DNA of 64,000 nucleotides from NCBI RefSeq assembly GCF_009914755.1, contig NC_060935.1; one strand, 5' to 3'. The DNA is from the human T2T-CHM13v2.0 reference genome, Homo sapiens. Each line of letters begins with the position of its first letter. The stretch's first letter is position 1. The notes under the pieces are model-generated. The model had not been told where the DNA came from and did no database searches. It saw nothing but the letters and a program-made list of their open reading frames with translations. Of this stretch, positions 12,500-27,281 are shown piece after piece. The translations under genes were made by a program, and so were the position numbers.

Positions 12500-14056
12500 C
12501 TTGTTGAAACCATATGGAAAATGAACATATCATAAAAATACAATGCTATACATTTTTGTATAGAACCACTATACAGATAAAGAAAAAGAATATTTTCAGC
12601 ATCCTATAACCTGCCTCATGCTTCCTTTGAGTTACAACAATACCTTGGGCAATCATTTTCTTGATATGTAATATAATACCATATGTTAGTTTTTAAAGTT
12701 TATACAAATAAAATGACAAATGGACTATTTTGTGTTTGGCTTTTCTAATTCAGTGGTATTGTTTCAGAAGTACCTGTAATTTTTCATTCTCAATGGTGAA
12801 TAACATTTTATTATGTGAATATCTTACAATTACTTTATCCATTCTGATCTTGATGGATATTTGGTTACACTGCCATTTTGAAGCTTTCACAGTACTATAA
12901 GCATTTTTATAGATATTTTATGTACACATTTTATTGAGAAGATAGCTGGGAATAAAATTGTTCATGATGGTATGTGCATTTTTTCAGCTTTAGTAGACAT
13001 TAGTAAACAGATTTCCAAGGCAAGTGTATCATTTTATGTTTCTATTTTTAACAAAGGGAAGTTCTCATTGCACCACATGTTTATCAGACTTGGGATAGTT
13101 GGTATTTTTTTTAATATATATTTTCATCTTAGATTTGAGGGGTACATGCGCTTGTTTGTTGGGTATTATATACATAATGATGGGGATTGGGCTTCTAGGG
13201 TATCCATCACCCAAATATTGGACTTCGCACCCAGAATGTAATTTTTTTTCAACCCTACCCCTAGGGTAGTCAGTCTTCTTAAATGTAGCCATTCTTCTGG
13301 ATGTGAGGTGATGTTGCATTATGGCATTTATTTGCCTTTGCCTTTATTGATAACAAATACTATTGAAAACCTTTTCATATGTTTATTGGCTATCTTGATA
13401 AACTCTATTGTGAAGTGTCTTTTAAATAATTTTGTCCTTTGAAAATAGGTTGTATATCTTTTTTATTTGTAGGAATTCTTTATATTCTAAAAGTCCTACA
13501 ATATTCTAAATATTCTAAATTTTGACCTTCATTATATTCTAAATATCAGTCCTTTGTTGCTTATGTGTAATACAGATATCAGCTCCCACTGTGCGGTTTC
13601 CCTTTACACTCTTTTAATGGTGTTTATTCTTAACTATAAATAAGTTTAATTTATCAAGGTTTCATTGGTCCTAATCAAGAAGGCTTTGACTACATTATCA
13701 TGAAGACAATTTTCTTCTGTAAGTTTTACTGTTTTACTTTACCTTATTATTTAGATCTGCTATACATCTGTAATTGTTTTTAGCATGATGATAAGTATTA
13801 ATATTATACATGTAACTATAGATATAGCTCTTATATATCACATCATGTATATTATATATAACTATATATGTACATGTGTGCATGCATAGATACATAGATG
13901 GCCAGCAAACCCAGTACTTTTTATTAAATAAACCATCCTTTCAATTGTACGATAATAAAACTTTTGCCCTACATTAGGTAATCATACATTTCTGTGTCTC
14001 TCTCCTAACTATTCTCATCTATTGGTCTACTTGTCTCTCCATGTGCCATTACCATA
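12500..14056 (-). mobile_element. L1ME-type fragment
   Basis: TTTATCCATTCTGATCTTGATGGATATTTGG, TAGCCATTCTTCTGGATGTGAGGTG and TTTTCATATGTTTATTGGCTAT. Confidence 0.75.
13104..13260 (-). mobile_element. Short L1PA15-17/L1PB-type 3' end nested in the L1ME
   Basis: TTAGATTTGAGGGGTACATG...TTGGGCTTCTAG...CCATCACCCAAATA. Confidence 0.7.
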
Positions 14057-14723
14057 TATTTATATTCATAGAGGAGGTATGCGATGCTGGCAGCTAATCT
14101 GATAGTCATATTTTTACTTTCTACTAAGGTGTTTCAGGACCTTCGGGGGCCTTCTCCACCCGAGGTAATAAATAGGACAGTATAAGTGCAATCTGGGCAA
14201 TTATAACCTCTCTTCCAGAGAAAAGGACCAAGGGACTCTAACATGTTTTAGTCACCATAGAAACCTTTCTTCTTAGGTTCCTTTTATAAGAGATAAAATA
14301 TCTTATTGTTTAAGGCTTTTAAAGTCATGTATTTAGTTATTTATAGATTTAAATATTTTAATTGATACTTATTATAAAAATAATTCATGTTCAATTCTCT
14401 CAGGATTTTGCAGAAATTGCTTTATTTTCTTCTTTAATTTGGTGAGGTAAATTTAAAAAATATCAAGTCAATTTAATGCTTATTTATTTTAAGAAATGCT
14501 GTTTTAGTGTGGGTGTGAGTGTGGGTATAGGTCTCTTTTCTACTTCTGAATGGTTTGAATACTTTTTCTTATCTTTGATGTTGTAAAACTTAGCACTTAA
14601 GGGTCCATCTGATTTGGAAACTCCTAGCAGTTTTTCATTCTGGACAGTGTTCCTCCATTGTGGTCCCTTGTTAATAATTCTACTATACCTCACATAGTAA
14701 TAGCAAGCTTGGTAAACTTAGGT

Positions 14724-15235
14724 TGTATAGACAGCTGAATAATGGCCACCCAAAGACAACGCAGCCTACCTCCCGGAACCTGCAAATGTTACCTTACAAG
14801 GACAAAAGGTCTTTGTAGATGCGACTAAATTAAGAATCTTGATAGAGCACTATTATTCTGAATGATCTGGTGGGCTCTAAGTGCAATCACATGTAAGGGA
14901 GAGGCAGGGAAAGATTTGCTATCGACAGAAATAAAGAAGACAGATACTCAGAGGAGAAAAGTGATGTGAGGGTGGAGCAGAAAGAGATTTCAAAATGCAG
15001 GTCTTGATCACAAGCCAAGGATGTTGGCAGTCACCAGAAGCTAGAAGAGGCAAAAAACAATGTTTTCATTTTCCTAGAGCCTCAGAAGGAGCGTGGCCTG
15101 ACAACACCGTGATTTGGGCCTAGCAATGCTGATTTCAGACTTCTGCGCCCCAGAACAGTGAAATCATAAATATCTGTTGCCTTAAACAATGAAGTTTGTA
15201 GCAAGTTGTTATAGCAGCCACTGGACACTAATATA
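14724..15235 (+). mobile_element. MLT1D-like MaLR LTR
   Basis: GAATAATGGCC, GGAACCTGCAAATGTTACCTTA, CACAAGCCAAGGA...CACCAGAAGCTAGAAGAGGCAA and GTTATAGCAGCCA...CTAATATA. Confidence 0.88.
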
Positions 15236-15535
15236 TGTTCCTATTTGCTTTTTGAATCTACACCGTGAGCTATTAAGCACTTTTGTGCTTTTACTTTCCT
15301 GGTCTGTAACTTCTTCTGAAATACAATTCTGATTCTTGCCTTTTAGAGATTTTATGTGGTTTCGAATCAACCAAGTTTTCTTTCTCTGTCTTCTACCATT
15401 CTTACATTTTTATGCCTTTTAATGAATGTAATATGAGAGAGGGGATTTAGAAGGAGTGTAATATCATTGTCTATTTTCTTTTTCTACTATTTTTCTTCTA
15501 GTGTTTACATAGATGCATGAACAAAAGATATTCCC

Positions 15536-15838
<303 letters not shown>

Positions 15839-17449
15839 TTAAGTTATTTTCTTTCTATTATTTTGACTGTCAAGTTCATGAGATATACATGTGTTTGCAT
15901 GTGCATGGATGGGGTACATGTGCATATATGTGTATGATATTAACCTAAATATCATAAAGATTTTTTGATACAATTATATTTTATTTCCCATTTTTACCCC
16001 AAAAGAAGCTACAAAACTATTCTTGATCCCTGAACAGTAAGGCGAAAAGTATAGTGTCATTGGCCTGGTAACAAAGGAAATGTGAAAAGAAGATTCGGTT
16101 CAAGAACATTATTATTATTGTAACAAAAGTTACAACTGCAGCAACAGCAAAGTGTTTAAGTTTTATTTTGGTCAGACTATAGTATATGTGTGACACTATA
16201 TTCTCCTTCACACATTGGTAACGTGGGTACTACTTGCCTATTTATAGATTATTAAACTGAGATTCAGAATCCTACCCAAGCTAACAAAATGGTGAAATAT
16301 AAAAATTTAGGTTCATTCCTTTACATTTTATTTCCTCTCTTACTTTAGCATTTATTTAGAACCAAGAAGAACACACCCATAAAAACAAGGAAGACTTTCT
16401 AATTCCCTCCTTTCTATACATTTCTTTGGTTTAATATCTTAGGTTCACTTTCAGTTTTGATTTTCTCTTTTTTAGATATAAATCACATTAAACAAGTCAT
16501 ATCCCTGTGATTTACTTTGAGTATAAATTGGTAAAATGTAGCTTTTTCATTCTGGTTTCCTGAATTTCTTTTATTTAATAGCTAAGATTATTTTGGTTTA
16601 ATAACTCTTGTTCTTACTAGGATCTAGCATTGTCCAAATATATTACAATTTCCTATTTATTAAAGAGAAGTGGGTAAATTTGTCTCTACATTCCCTCTTA
16701 TTTTTCTGTACAAAATTCATTGAGACAAAGGTTGTTAATTAAAATACTGTCTCCAACAGCTGTTAGCTTCTGGGAGTTATACGCTAAATGTATTATTTTA
16801 GGAAAATTATGCATAATTGAAATATAGACTAACAACAGCAATTTTAAAATTAAATATGAAATATAGCTTTATTCACAGCTTGTGCACACATGTCACTTGG
16901 AAGTTAAACAGAATTTCATCAGTTCTTTCTTGTTTTTATCACTCTCATCTACTTTTAATGGTCCTAGATAATGAGAAGTTTCAAGCCTGAAGCATAAATG
17001 AGCCCCTATTTTATAAGGAGAGTAAGAATAAAAATAAGTTTTCTTCCCATATACTGTTTCAATATCTTATCCAAATTAATGGACAAGAATATCTAGATAA
17101 AGAATTTATTTTTTACTTTTCTCTACCATCAGTCTACCAACCATCTACGACCAATTATAGATGTAGATGATTATCAGGGAAGAAGAAACTTACAAAAAAG
17201 TTCTCATTTCCCAGGTCATAACATCCAGCACAGTCCTGTGTTCACTGTGAACCTGTGTAGTCCAATTATCTTAAGCAAGAGAATTGGTACAACTCTACAT
17301 TAGCAATCCCATTGTAAGTACCATATACTTATCTTCATAGAGGAGGTATGCAATGATGGCAGCCAATAGTACTTCTACCATACAAGAAACAAGAATATTA
17401 CTTCTACCAAACAAGAAACAACTATAATTTGAAATAGAAAGCAAAACAT

Positions 17450-17474
17450 ATGTGTGTGTGTGTGTGTGTGTGTG
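17450..17474. repeat. (TG)n microsatellite
   Basis: Short pure TG run. Confidence 0.95.
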
Positions 17475-17639
17475 TATTTGTGTCTGTAAAATCAAACATC
17501 AGGAGGTTTCTGAGACATATTTTATTTACAGAATAAGCCCTACAGGTCCAAGGAATCATGAAAAGAACTATATAATATAAAACATCTAATAACAAATAGG
17601 TTTTATGCTTTATAAAACCTATAAGTAGGTTTTATATTA

Positions 17640-17835
17640 GAGCCTTTGGTGTAGATGAAGGAATTCGCCCCAAACCACAATGTTCTACTCCTGTTCCTAT
17701 CCATCAGTTTCCTACTCTGTAAAACGAGTATACAAATATCACTTTACTCATAGAGTTTGTGGCTCATTTATCCATGCAAAATGCTTAAAAGAATGCTTGG
17801 AATCTATTATCATTTAATAATTATTATTGCTGTTA
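17640..17835 (+). mobile_element. MIR
   Basis: CAGTTTCCTACTCTGTAAAACGAG core followed by ATGCAAAATGCTTAAAAGAATGCTTGG. Confidence 0.65.
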
Positions 17836-18945
17836 TAATTATAGAGTTATTTCTTAAGAAGTAGATATTGATGCTTTAATTTTATTGATGAGACTCAGAG
17901 GTCTTCAGTGACTTACACAATGCCCCACAATGAAAAGATAGGAAAATAGTAATATACACTATTTTCCAGTCTGATATTAAATTTCCATTAATGTACTATA
18001 CTGTTTCCTATGATATTAGGAAAGGGGTATACATATGCTATCGGCATGTATCCGTGGAATGCCAATATTCATTACTCCACATATGTTGGGCTATCTGCAA
18101 ATCAGTTTTCTCCTGTGTAAAATGATGAATTGGAAAAATAAGTGACTTTTTTTTTCTCTATGGCATGGAATAGTACTTTTCATTTATTCAAACAATTCTA
18201 ACTAGTCTGTCAAAGTTCATTTTATATACACACTTTTAAGCAGCTTAAAACTTCCTTTATAAACCTCAGCAGTGAAAGTATTTTTTGCTAAAGGTCTTCA
18301 CTTGATTATCTTTATACTGCCTTGAAACATTCTGTAGTAGTATGGAGAAGACAGAATATAGCTTCTCTGGGAATCACTGAAGCAACTATAATTGATGTTC
18401 AAATTAGGTGATTTTTACTCATTCTATGTAAAGAAAGAAAAAAGTTGAGAATTGTTGGTACTTGGAGTTATTTCTTTCTTGAGCTGAAAGAAGGGAGAAA
18501 AGATCCACATTCTAATTTTTTATAGAGAACTCAAATTAGGCTTAAAAAGAAAAGTGCTTCTTTTCTCTGTTGGCAGCTCCTTGATTTTGTTAAGTTGGCA
18601 CTTGTTCTCTTTTTCCTATTAAGTCATTCATCAGTTGGTAAACTGGGGCTTACTACAGACATATCAAAGTGAGAGCAAAAACCTGAAGACATTATCCAGG
18701 AACCTGAACATAGCAATGGATCAAGCAACTTTGCAGAAACATATTCCCATGAGGCACAGAGGGGTCAATTAAATACCACCCCAGGTGGCCTTACAGTTCT
18801 GAATTTATTTTTCCTCTTTGACTCTTTTAAGTAATATTTAGGTACCTCAAAACACTCTGAGGTTGGGAACATACTTTTTTATTATCCCATTTTTAATTAT
18901 GGAGAAAGAGAAAGATCAAACTTAACATTCACATAAAAATGGGAG

Positions 18946-19341
<396 letters not shown>

Positions 19342-19472
19342 CTATTAAGATAATCCATTTTCAAACTGTTAAATACAAATATAAAAGGTACAGTTCTAGT
19401 GGGCCATGAGGAGGGCTAGGGATGATACACAGAAAGCTTGAGAATACAGGTTCTAAAAAAAAGAAATTCTTT

Positions 19473-22400
19473 CATCCCTGGACAAAGAGGCAGAGCAAGA
19501 TAGGTAAATAGAAGCCTCCAGTGATCATCCCTCCCCAGAGTAACGCCAAATTGAACAAAAGTCCACAAAAACATACCTTTATGAGAAGGAAAAATCAGGT
19601 GAGGACTGAGAAGAGTAGGCACTGAAGAGAGTAGGAAAGACAGTTTTTAATCACCTATACTATCCCTCTCCCACACCCCAGCAGTGGTCACATGGCATGG
19701 AGATAAAATCTGTATGTATGAGGTAGAGACAGCACAGTGATTATGAAATCTTGCATTGGAACTCAGTACTGCCATGTCACAGTGGAAAGCAACACAGGGC
19801 AGAACTCAGCCTATACTCCCGGAGGGAGCATTTAGACCAGCCCTAGCCAGAGGTGAGTCATGTATCTCAGTGGTCACAACCTGAGTTTCAGTAAACCCAG
19901 CACTATGGGCTAAAGTGCTCTGGGATTCTAAATGAATTTGAAAGGCTGTCTAGGCCACAAGGATTGCAAGTCCAGGGCAAGTCCTGGTGCTGTACTGGGC
20001 TCAAAGCCAGTAAACTTAGGATTCACACAACCTAGTGAGACACCAGCTGGGGCAGCCAAGGAAGTGCTTGTGCCATTCCTCTTCAAACTCCATGCAGCAC
20101 AGCTAGCAGCTCCAGTAGAGACTCCTTCTCTCTTCTTGAGCAGATGAGAAGGAAGAGTAGAGAAAACTGTGTCTTACAACTTGAGTATCAGCTCAGTCAC
20201 AGAAAAATAGGGTGCCAGGCAGAGTCCTGAGGTCCCCATTCTAGGCCCCAGTTCCCAGATGACATTTCTAGAGATATATTGGGCTAAAGAAAGTGCTCTT
20301 CCTTGAAGGGAAGGACTCAGTCCTGGAAGGATTTACTACCTGCTGACTAAAGAGCCCTTGGACCTGAATAATCAGCAGTGGTAGCCAGGTAGTACTTGCC
20401 ACAGCATGGGGTGAGAATCAGTATTATGCTGGCTTCAGGTGTAACCCCACACATGCCAGCTATGGTGGCTATAGGGAGAGACTCCTCCTGTTTGAGGAAA
20501 GTAGATCTAAGAGTAAAAGGGACTTTGCTTTGCAGCTTCAGTACCAGTTCAGCTACAGTGGGGAAGAAAACCAAGTGGGATCCTGGAGTCCCCAGTCTGG
20601 GAATTGGGTCTGGATGTCTGGATGCCATTTCTAGACCTGCCCTGGGTCAGAGGCAAATCCACTTCCTGTAAGGAGAGACTCAGGACTGGCAGCATTCACC
20701 ACATGCAAGCTGAGGTACTCTTAGACCATGTGTGAACATCAGCAGTAACCAGGTGATACTTGCCAAGAACCCAGGGTGGTGGTAGCCATGCTTAGAAACT
20801 CCTCTGCTTGAGGAAAGGGGAGGGAAGAGAGGAAAGAACTTTTACAGCTTGGTTGCCAGCTCAGCCACAGTAGAGTAGAGCACTAGGTAGATTTCTAAGG
20901 ACGTGGCTCTAGGTTTTGGTTCCCAGATGGCATCTATGGACCTGCCCATTGCCACGGGGATTCACTTCCTTTAAAGGAAGGACACAAGTCTGGCTTCATT
21001 CACCACCTGTTGACTGTAGAGCCCTCAGGCCTTGAGTAAACATAGGCAGTAGCCAGGCAGTGGTCATGGTGGGCCTTTGATGAGACCCAGTACTGTGCTG
21101 GCTTCAGGTCTGACTGAGAACAGTCCCAGTGGTGGTGACCACAGGGGTGCCTGTGTTACCCCTCACCCAGCTCCAAGCAATTCAGCACAGAGAGATAAAC
21201 TCTGTTTGTTTGGAGGAAAGTAAGGAAAAAGAACAAGAGTTCCTGCCTGGAAATCCAGGGAATTATCCCAGATCTTACCCAAGACCACCAAGGTGGTACC
21301 TCTACAAGTCTGCAAAAGCCACAGCGTTACTGAGATTGGGGTGCCTCCTAATGCAGATACAACTGCAGCAGTGAAAAACTCAGATCACAAAACCCAAGTC
21401 CCTTTGTGTACTTGGAAAGCCTTCCTCTGAAGAATGGGCACAAACAAGCCCAAAGTGTAAAGGCTAAAATAAATACCTTAATCTTCAGTGCTCAGACACC
21501 AATAAACATACACAAGCATCAAAACCGTTTAGGAAAACATGACCACATCATGAACTAAATAAGGTACAAGGAACCATTCCTGGAGAAAGAGGTATGTGAC
21601 CTTTCAGACAGAGAATTCTAAACAGCTGTGTTGAGAAAGCTCAGTGAAATTCAAGATAACAGAATAGGAATTCAAAATCCTATCAGATAAGTTTAACAAA
21701 GAAATTGAAATAATTAAAAATAACCAAGCAGAAATTTTGGAGTTAAAAAATGCAATTAAAATACTAAAAAATGCATCAGAGTCTCTTAACAGCAGAATTG
21801 ATCAAGGAGAAGAAAATTAGTCAGCATGAAGACAGGCTATTTGAAAATACATAGTCAAGGGATTAAAAAAAAGAATAAGAAAGAAAAAGCATGCCTATAA
21901 GATCTGGAAAACAGGCTCAAAAGGGCAAATCTAAGAGTAATTGGCCTTAACGAGGAGCTAGAGAAAGAGATTAGGGTGGAAGGTTTATTCAAAGTTAGTT
22001 ATATTAAGAGAGAACTTCCCAAATATTGAGAAAGATATCAATATCCAAGTATAAGAAGGCTATAGAACACCAAGTAGACTCAACCCAAATAAGATGACCT
22101 CAAGCCATTTAATAAGCAACTCCCAAAGTTCAAGGATAAAGAAATGATCCTAAAAGAAGCAAGATAAAAGAAAAAAATAACATAAAGGAGTACTAATATG
22201 TCCGGCAGCAGACTTCTCATTTGAAACCTTATAGGCCAGGGGAGAGTGGCATGAAATATTTAAAGTGTTGAGGGAAAAAAAATCCTTATACAATAGTATA
22301 ATATAAAATAGTATACAATATACAATAGTATATCTGCAAAAATATTATTTTAACATAAAAGAGAAAAGAAGACTCCCAGACAAACGAAAGCTGAGATATT

Positions 22401-25400
22401 TTAATGCCATACCTGTCCTACAAGAAATGTTAAAGGGAGTTCTTCAATCTGAAAGAAAATAATGTTAATGAACAATAATGAAACATCTGAAGGTGCAAAA
22501 CTCACTGGTAATAATAAATACACAGAAAAACAGAGAATATCAAAACACTGTAATTGTGGCATGTAAACTGCTCATATTTTGAGTAGAAAGTCTAATAGAG
22601 GAACCTACCAAAAATAACAGCTATAACAACTTTTTAAGACATAAACAGTAAAATAAGATATAAATAGAAACAACAAAAAGTTAAAAAGCAGGGGATGAAA
22701 TTAAAGATTAGAGTTTGTATTAGTTTTCTCTTTGTTTATGCAATCAGTTTTAAGTTGTCATTGGTTTAAAATAACAGTTTATAAGATATTATTTGCAAGC
22801 CTCAACCTCAAATCAAAAACAGATACATGGAATAGTTTTAAAACGTTAAAACATACCACTAGAAAAAATCACCTTTACTATAATGAAGACAGAAAGGAAT
22901 GAAAGAATGAAGAGAAAACCACCAAACCACCAGAAAACATAACAAAGTGGCAGGAGTAAGTCCTTACTTATTAATACGACATTGAATGTAAATGGACTAA
23001 ACTCTCTTATCAAAAGACACAGAGTGGCTGAATGGATAAAATAAATAAGACCCAATAATCTGTTGCCTATAAGAAACAGGTTTCATTCGTAGATATAACA
23101 TAGACTGAAAATAAAGGGATAAATAAAGATATTCTGTGCAAATGGAAACCAAAAAAGAGCAAGAATGGGTATACTTATATCAGAAAAATACTTTTCAAGC
23201 AAAAGAAAAAACTATAAAAAGAGACAAAAATTGTGATTATGTATTGAATGCCAAAGGGGTCAATTCTGCAAGAAAAATAATAATTGAAAATATATGCACC
23301 CCACATTGAGCACCCAGATATATAAAGCCAATATTTGTGGAGCTAAAGAGAGAGACAGACCACAGTGTAATAATACCTGGGAATTTTGTCACACCACTTT
23401 CAGCACTGGAAAAATCATCAAGACAGAAAATAAATAATGAAACACCAGATTTAATCTGCAATATAGACCAAAAGGACCTGATTGATATTTACAAAACAAT
23501 TTATTCAATGGAAGCAGAATACACATTTTTTTCCTCAGTACATTAAACATTCTCAAAGGTAAACCATACATTAGGCCATATAATTTCTTTAAAAAAATTT
23601 TTAAAAATGAAATTATATCAAGTATCATCTCTGATCACTATGGAATAAAACTAGGAATCAATAGCAAGAAGAATTTTGTAAATTATCAACCACATAGAAA
23701 ATTAAACAATATTCTCTCTCTTAATGGCCAGTAGGTCAATGAAAAAGTTAAGAAGTAAATTTTCAAATTTCTTAAAACAAATGAAAATGGAAATAACATA
23801 ACAAAGCCTACGAGATAAAGTGAACACAGTACTAACAGGGACATTTATAATTAGCAATAACTGCCTAAATCAAAAAAGTATAAAAACTTTAAACAAACAA
23901 CCTAATGATGCATCTTGAATAACCAGAAAAGCAATAGCACACCAAACCCCAAATTAATAGAAGAAAAAAATTTATAAATATCTAAAGAAAAATAAAAAGA
24001 GAAGGTCCAAATAAGTAAAATCAGAGATGAAGAAGGAGACATTACACCCAATAACACAGAAATTCAAACAATCATTAGAGGCTACTATGAGCAACTAAAT
24101 GACAATAAATTGGAAAACCTTGAATAAATGAAAAATTCCTGGATGCATACAACCTGACAAGAATTGAACCATGAAGAAATCCAACACCTGACTAGCCCAG
24201 TAACAAGTAATGAGATCAAAGCCACAATAAAAGTTTTCTAGCAAAGAAAAGCCAAGCACCCAATGGCTTCACTTTTGAATTTTACAAAATATTTCGAAAA
24301 GAAATAATACCTCATACTCAAACTATAAAAAAATAGAGGAGGGAATACCTCCAAACTCATTCTGTAAAGCCAGCATTACCCTGATAACATAACCAGACAA
24401 GGAAACATCAAAACAACAACAACAAAACTAGAGGCCATTATCCATGATGAACATTGATGAAAACATTCTCAACAAAACAGAAGCAAACTGAATTCAACAA
24501 CACATTAAAAAGATCATTAATCATGACCAAGTGAGATTTATGCCAGGCATGCAAGAATTGTTCAACATAGGCAAATCAATCAATATGATACATCATATCA
24601 ACAGAGTGAAAGACAAAAACCATATGATCATTTCAATAGATGCTAAAAAACATTTGATAAAATTCGACATTCCTTCATGATAAAAAAAAAACCCTCAAAA
24701 CACTAGGTATACAAGGAACCTACATCAACACAGTAAGAGCCATATACAACTTCCCCACAGCTAGTATGATGGCAAATGGGGACAAATTGAAAGCCTTTCC
24801 TCTAAGATCTGGAACGTGGAAAGGAGCCCACTTTTACCACTAGTATTCAACATTATACTGAAAGTCCTAGCTAGAACAGTCAGATAAGAGAAAGAAATTA
24901 AAGCACATTCAAATTGGAAAGGAATAAGTCAAATTATCCTTGTTTGCTGATGATATAATCTTAAATTTGGAAAAACCTGAAGATTCCACTAAATTATTAG
25001 AACAGATAAAAATTCAGTAAAGTTGCCGGATACAAAATTAACATACAAAAATGGGTAGGACTTCTATATGCCAAAAGCAAACAATCTGAAAAAGAATTCA
25101 AAAAAGTAATCCCATTTACAACAGCAACCAATAAAATTAAATGCCTGGGAATAACCTTAACCAAATAAGTAAAAAAAAATCTCTACAGTAAAACTGTAAA
25201 ATATTAAAGCAAAAAATTGAAGAGGACACAAAAATATGGAAAGATATTCTATGTTAGTAGATTGGAAGAATCAATATGGTTAAAATGTCCTTACTATGCA
25301 AAGCAATCAACAGACTGACTATAATCCCTGTCAAAATACCATGACATTCTTCACAGAAATAGAAAAAATAATCCAAAAATTTATATGGAACCAAATGAGG

Positions 25401-27033
25401 CCCAGAGTAGCAAAAGCTATCCTTAGCAAATAACAAAACTGAGGAATCATGCTACCTGACTTCAAATTATGCTAGAGAACTATAGTAATCAAAACAGGAT
25501 GACACTGGCATTAAAAACAGACACACAGAGCAATGGAACACAACTAAGAACACAGAAATAAATTTATATATCCACAGTGAACTCATTTTTAACAAAGGTG
25601 CTAAAAACATACCCTGGATAAAGAAAAGTCTCTTCAATAAATGATGCAGGGACAACCAGATATCCACATGAATAAAGAAATTGTTCCCCTATCTCTCACA
25701 GTATGCAAAACCAATCAAAATGGATTAAAGACTTAAATCTAAGACCTCAACTTTAATCTTTTAGTCAAAGGACTAAAAGAAAACATTGGAGAAACTCTCC
25801 AGGACATTAGTCTGAGACAAGATTTATTGAGTAATACCCCACAATCACAAGTAACCAAAGCTACTTTAGACAAATGGAATCACATCAAGTTAAAAAGCTT
25901 CTTCACAGCAAAGGAAGCAATCAATAAAGTGAAGAGACAACCCACAGAATGGGAAAAAATATTTGCAAACTAGTCATCTGACATGAGATTAACAATCAGA
26001 ATATATAAAGAGCTCAAACAACTCTATAGAAAAAAAATCTAATAATCTGAATAAAAAGTGGGCAAAAGATCTGAATGGACATTTCTCAAAATAAGACATA
26101 CAAATGGCAAACACATATAAAAAGGTGCTCACCATCATTCATCATCAGAGAAATGCAAATTAAAACTACAATGAGATATTATCATATTCTAGTTCAAGTG
26201 GCTTTTATCCAAAAGACAGGCAATAATGAATGCTGGTAAGGATATGGAGAAAAGGGAAACCTTGTACAGTGTTCGCTGAAATGGAAATTAACATGACCAT
26301 TATAGAGAACAGTTTGGAGGTTCCTCAAAAAACAAACAAAAAATAGAACTACCATATGATCCAGCAATTCCACTGCTAGGTATATACCCCAAATAAAGGA
26401 AATCAGCATATGAAAGAGATACCTGCACTCTCATGTTTATTGCAGAACTATTCACAACAGCCAAGCTTTGGAAGCAACTTAAGTGTTCTTCAGCAGATGA
26501 ATGGATAAAGAAAATGTGGTACATATACACAATGGGGTACTATTCAACCATAAAAAGACTGAGATCTTATCATTTGCAACAACATGGATGAAACTGTAGG
26601 TCATTATGTTAAGCACAATAAGCCAGGCACAGAAAGACAAACTGCATGCTCTCACTTATTTGTAGGGGCAAACATTGAAACAGTTGAACTCAAGGAGATA
26701 GAGAGTAGAATGATAATTATCAGAGGCAGGGAAGGGTAGTTGAGCTGGGGGCAGTGGGGATGGTTAATGGGTACAAAACAGATGAAATGAATAAAGTCTA
26801 GTAGTTAATAATACAACAAGATGACTACAGTCAGTCAAATATAATTTATTGAAAATTTTAATATAACTAAATTTATAATTATATCTTTGGAACACAAAGG
26901 ATAAATGCTTGAGGTGATGGATACCCCTTTACCGTGATGTGATTATTATGCATCTTATGCTGCATCAAAACATCTCATATACCCTATAAATATATACACC
27001 TACTATGTACCCACCGAAATTAAAAATAAAAAA
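19473..27033 (+). mobile_element. Near-full-length L1MA2/3-type LINE-1 (dead ORF1 ~21.5-22.5 kb, dead ORF2 ~22.95-26.6 kb)
   Basis: 5' end GCAGAGCAAGAT..AATAGAAGCCTCCAG. EN start TTGAATGTAAATGGACTAAA. RT TTGTTTGCTGATGAT (FADD) near 24940. L1MA2-like 3'UTR GGATAAATGCTTGAGGTGATGGATACCCC. Candidate TSD AGAAATTCTTT at 19462-19472 and 27037-27047. Confidence 0.93.
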
Positions 27034-27281
27034 GGGAGAAATTCTTTTTATGGAAGTAGTAAATGTCAAATCCCTTTATCTCAGCATAAATTAGTACAAA
27101 AGCCATACCATCCTTATTTATCACTACCTTTCACAAAATACTTTTTTCTTTTTCCTGAGGCAAAAACAAACAAAATGTCTTGTATATTAATGGATAGCTT
27201 GTGATATTTGGAAAGAAAAATATCAAAAAGCGATCTATACTTTGATTCTGGGCCTTACCTCATAAAACCATCACATGCCAT

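Noticed and set aside
21480-26600. Potentially active L1 ORF1/ORF2
   Set aside because: Many stops and frameshifts plus an internal deletion near 23990; the only sense ORF listed in the track is 69 aa.
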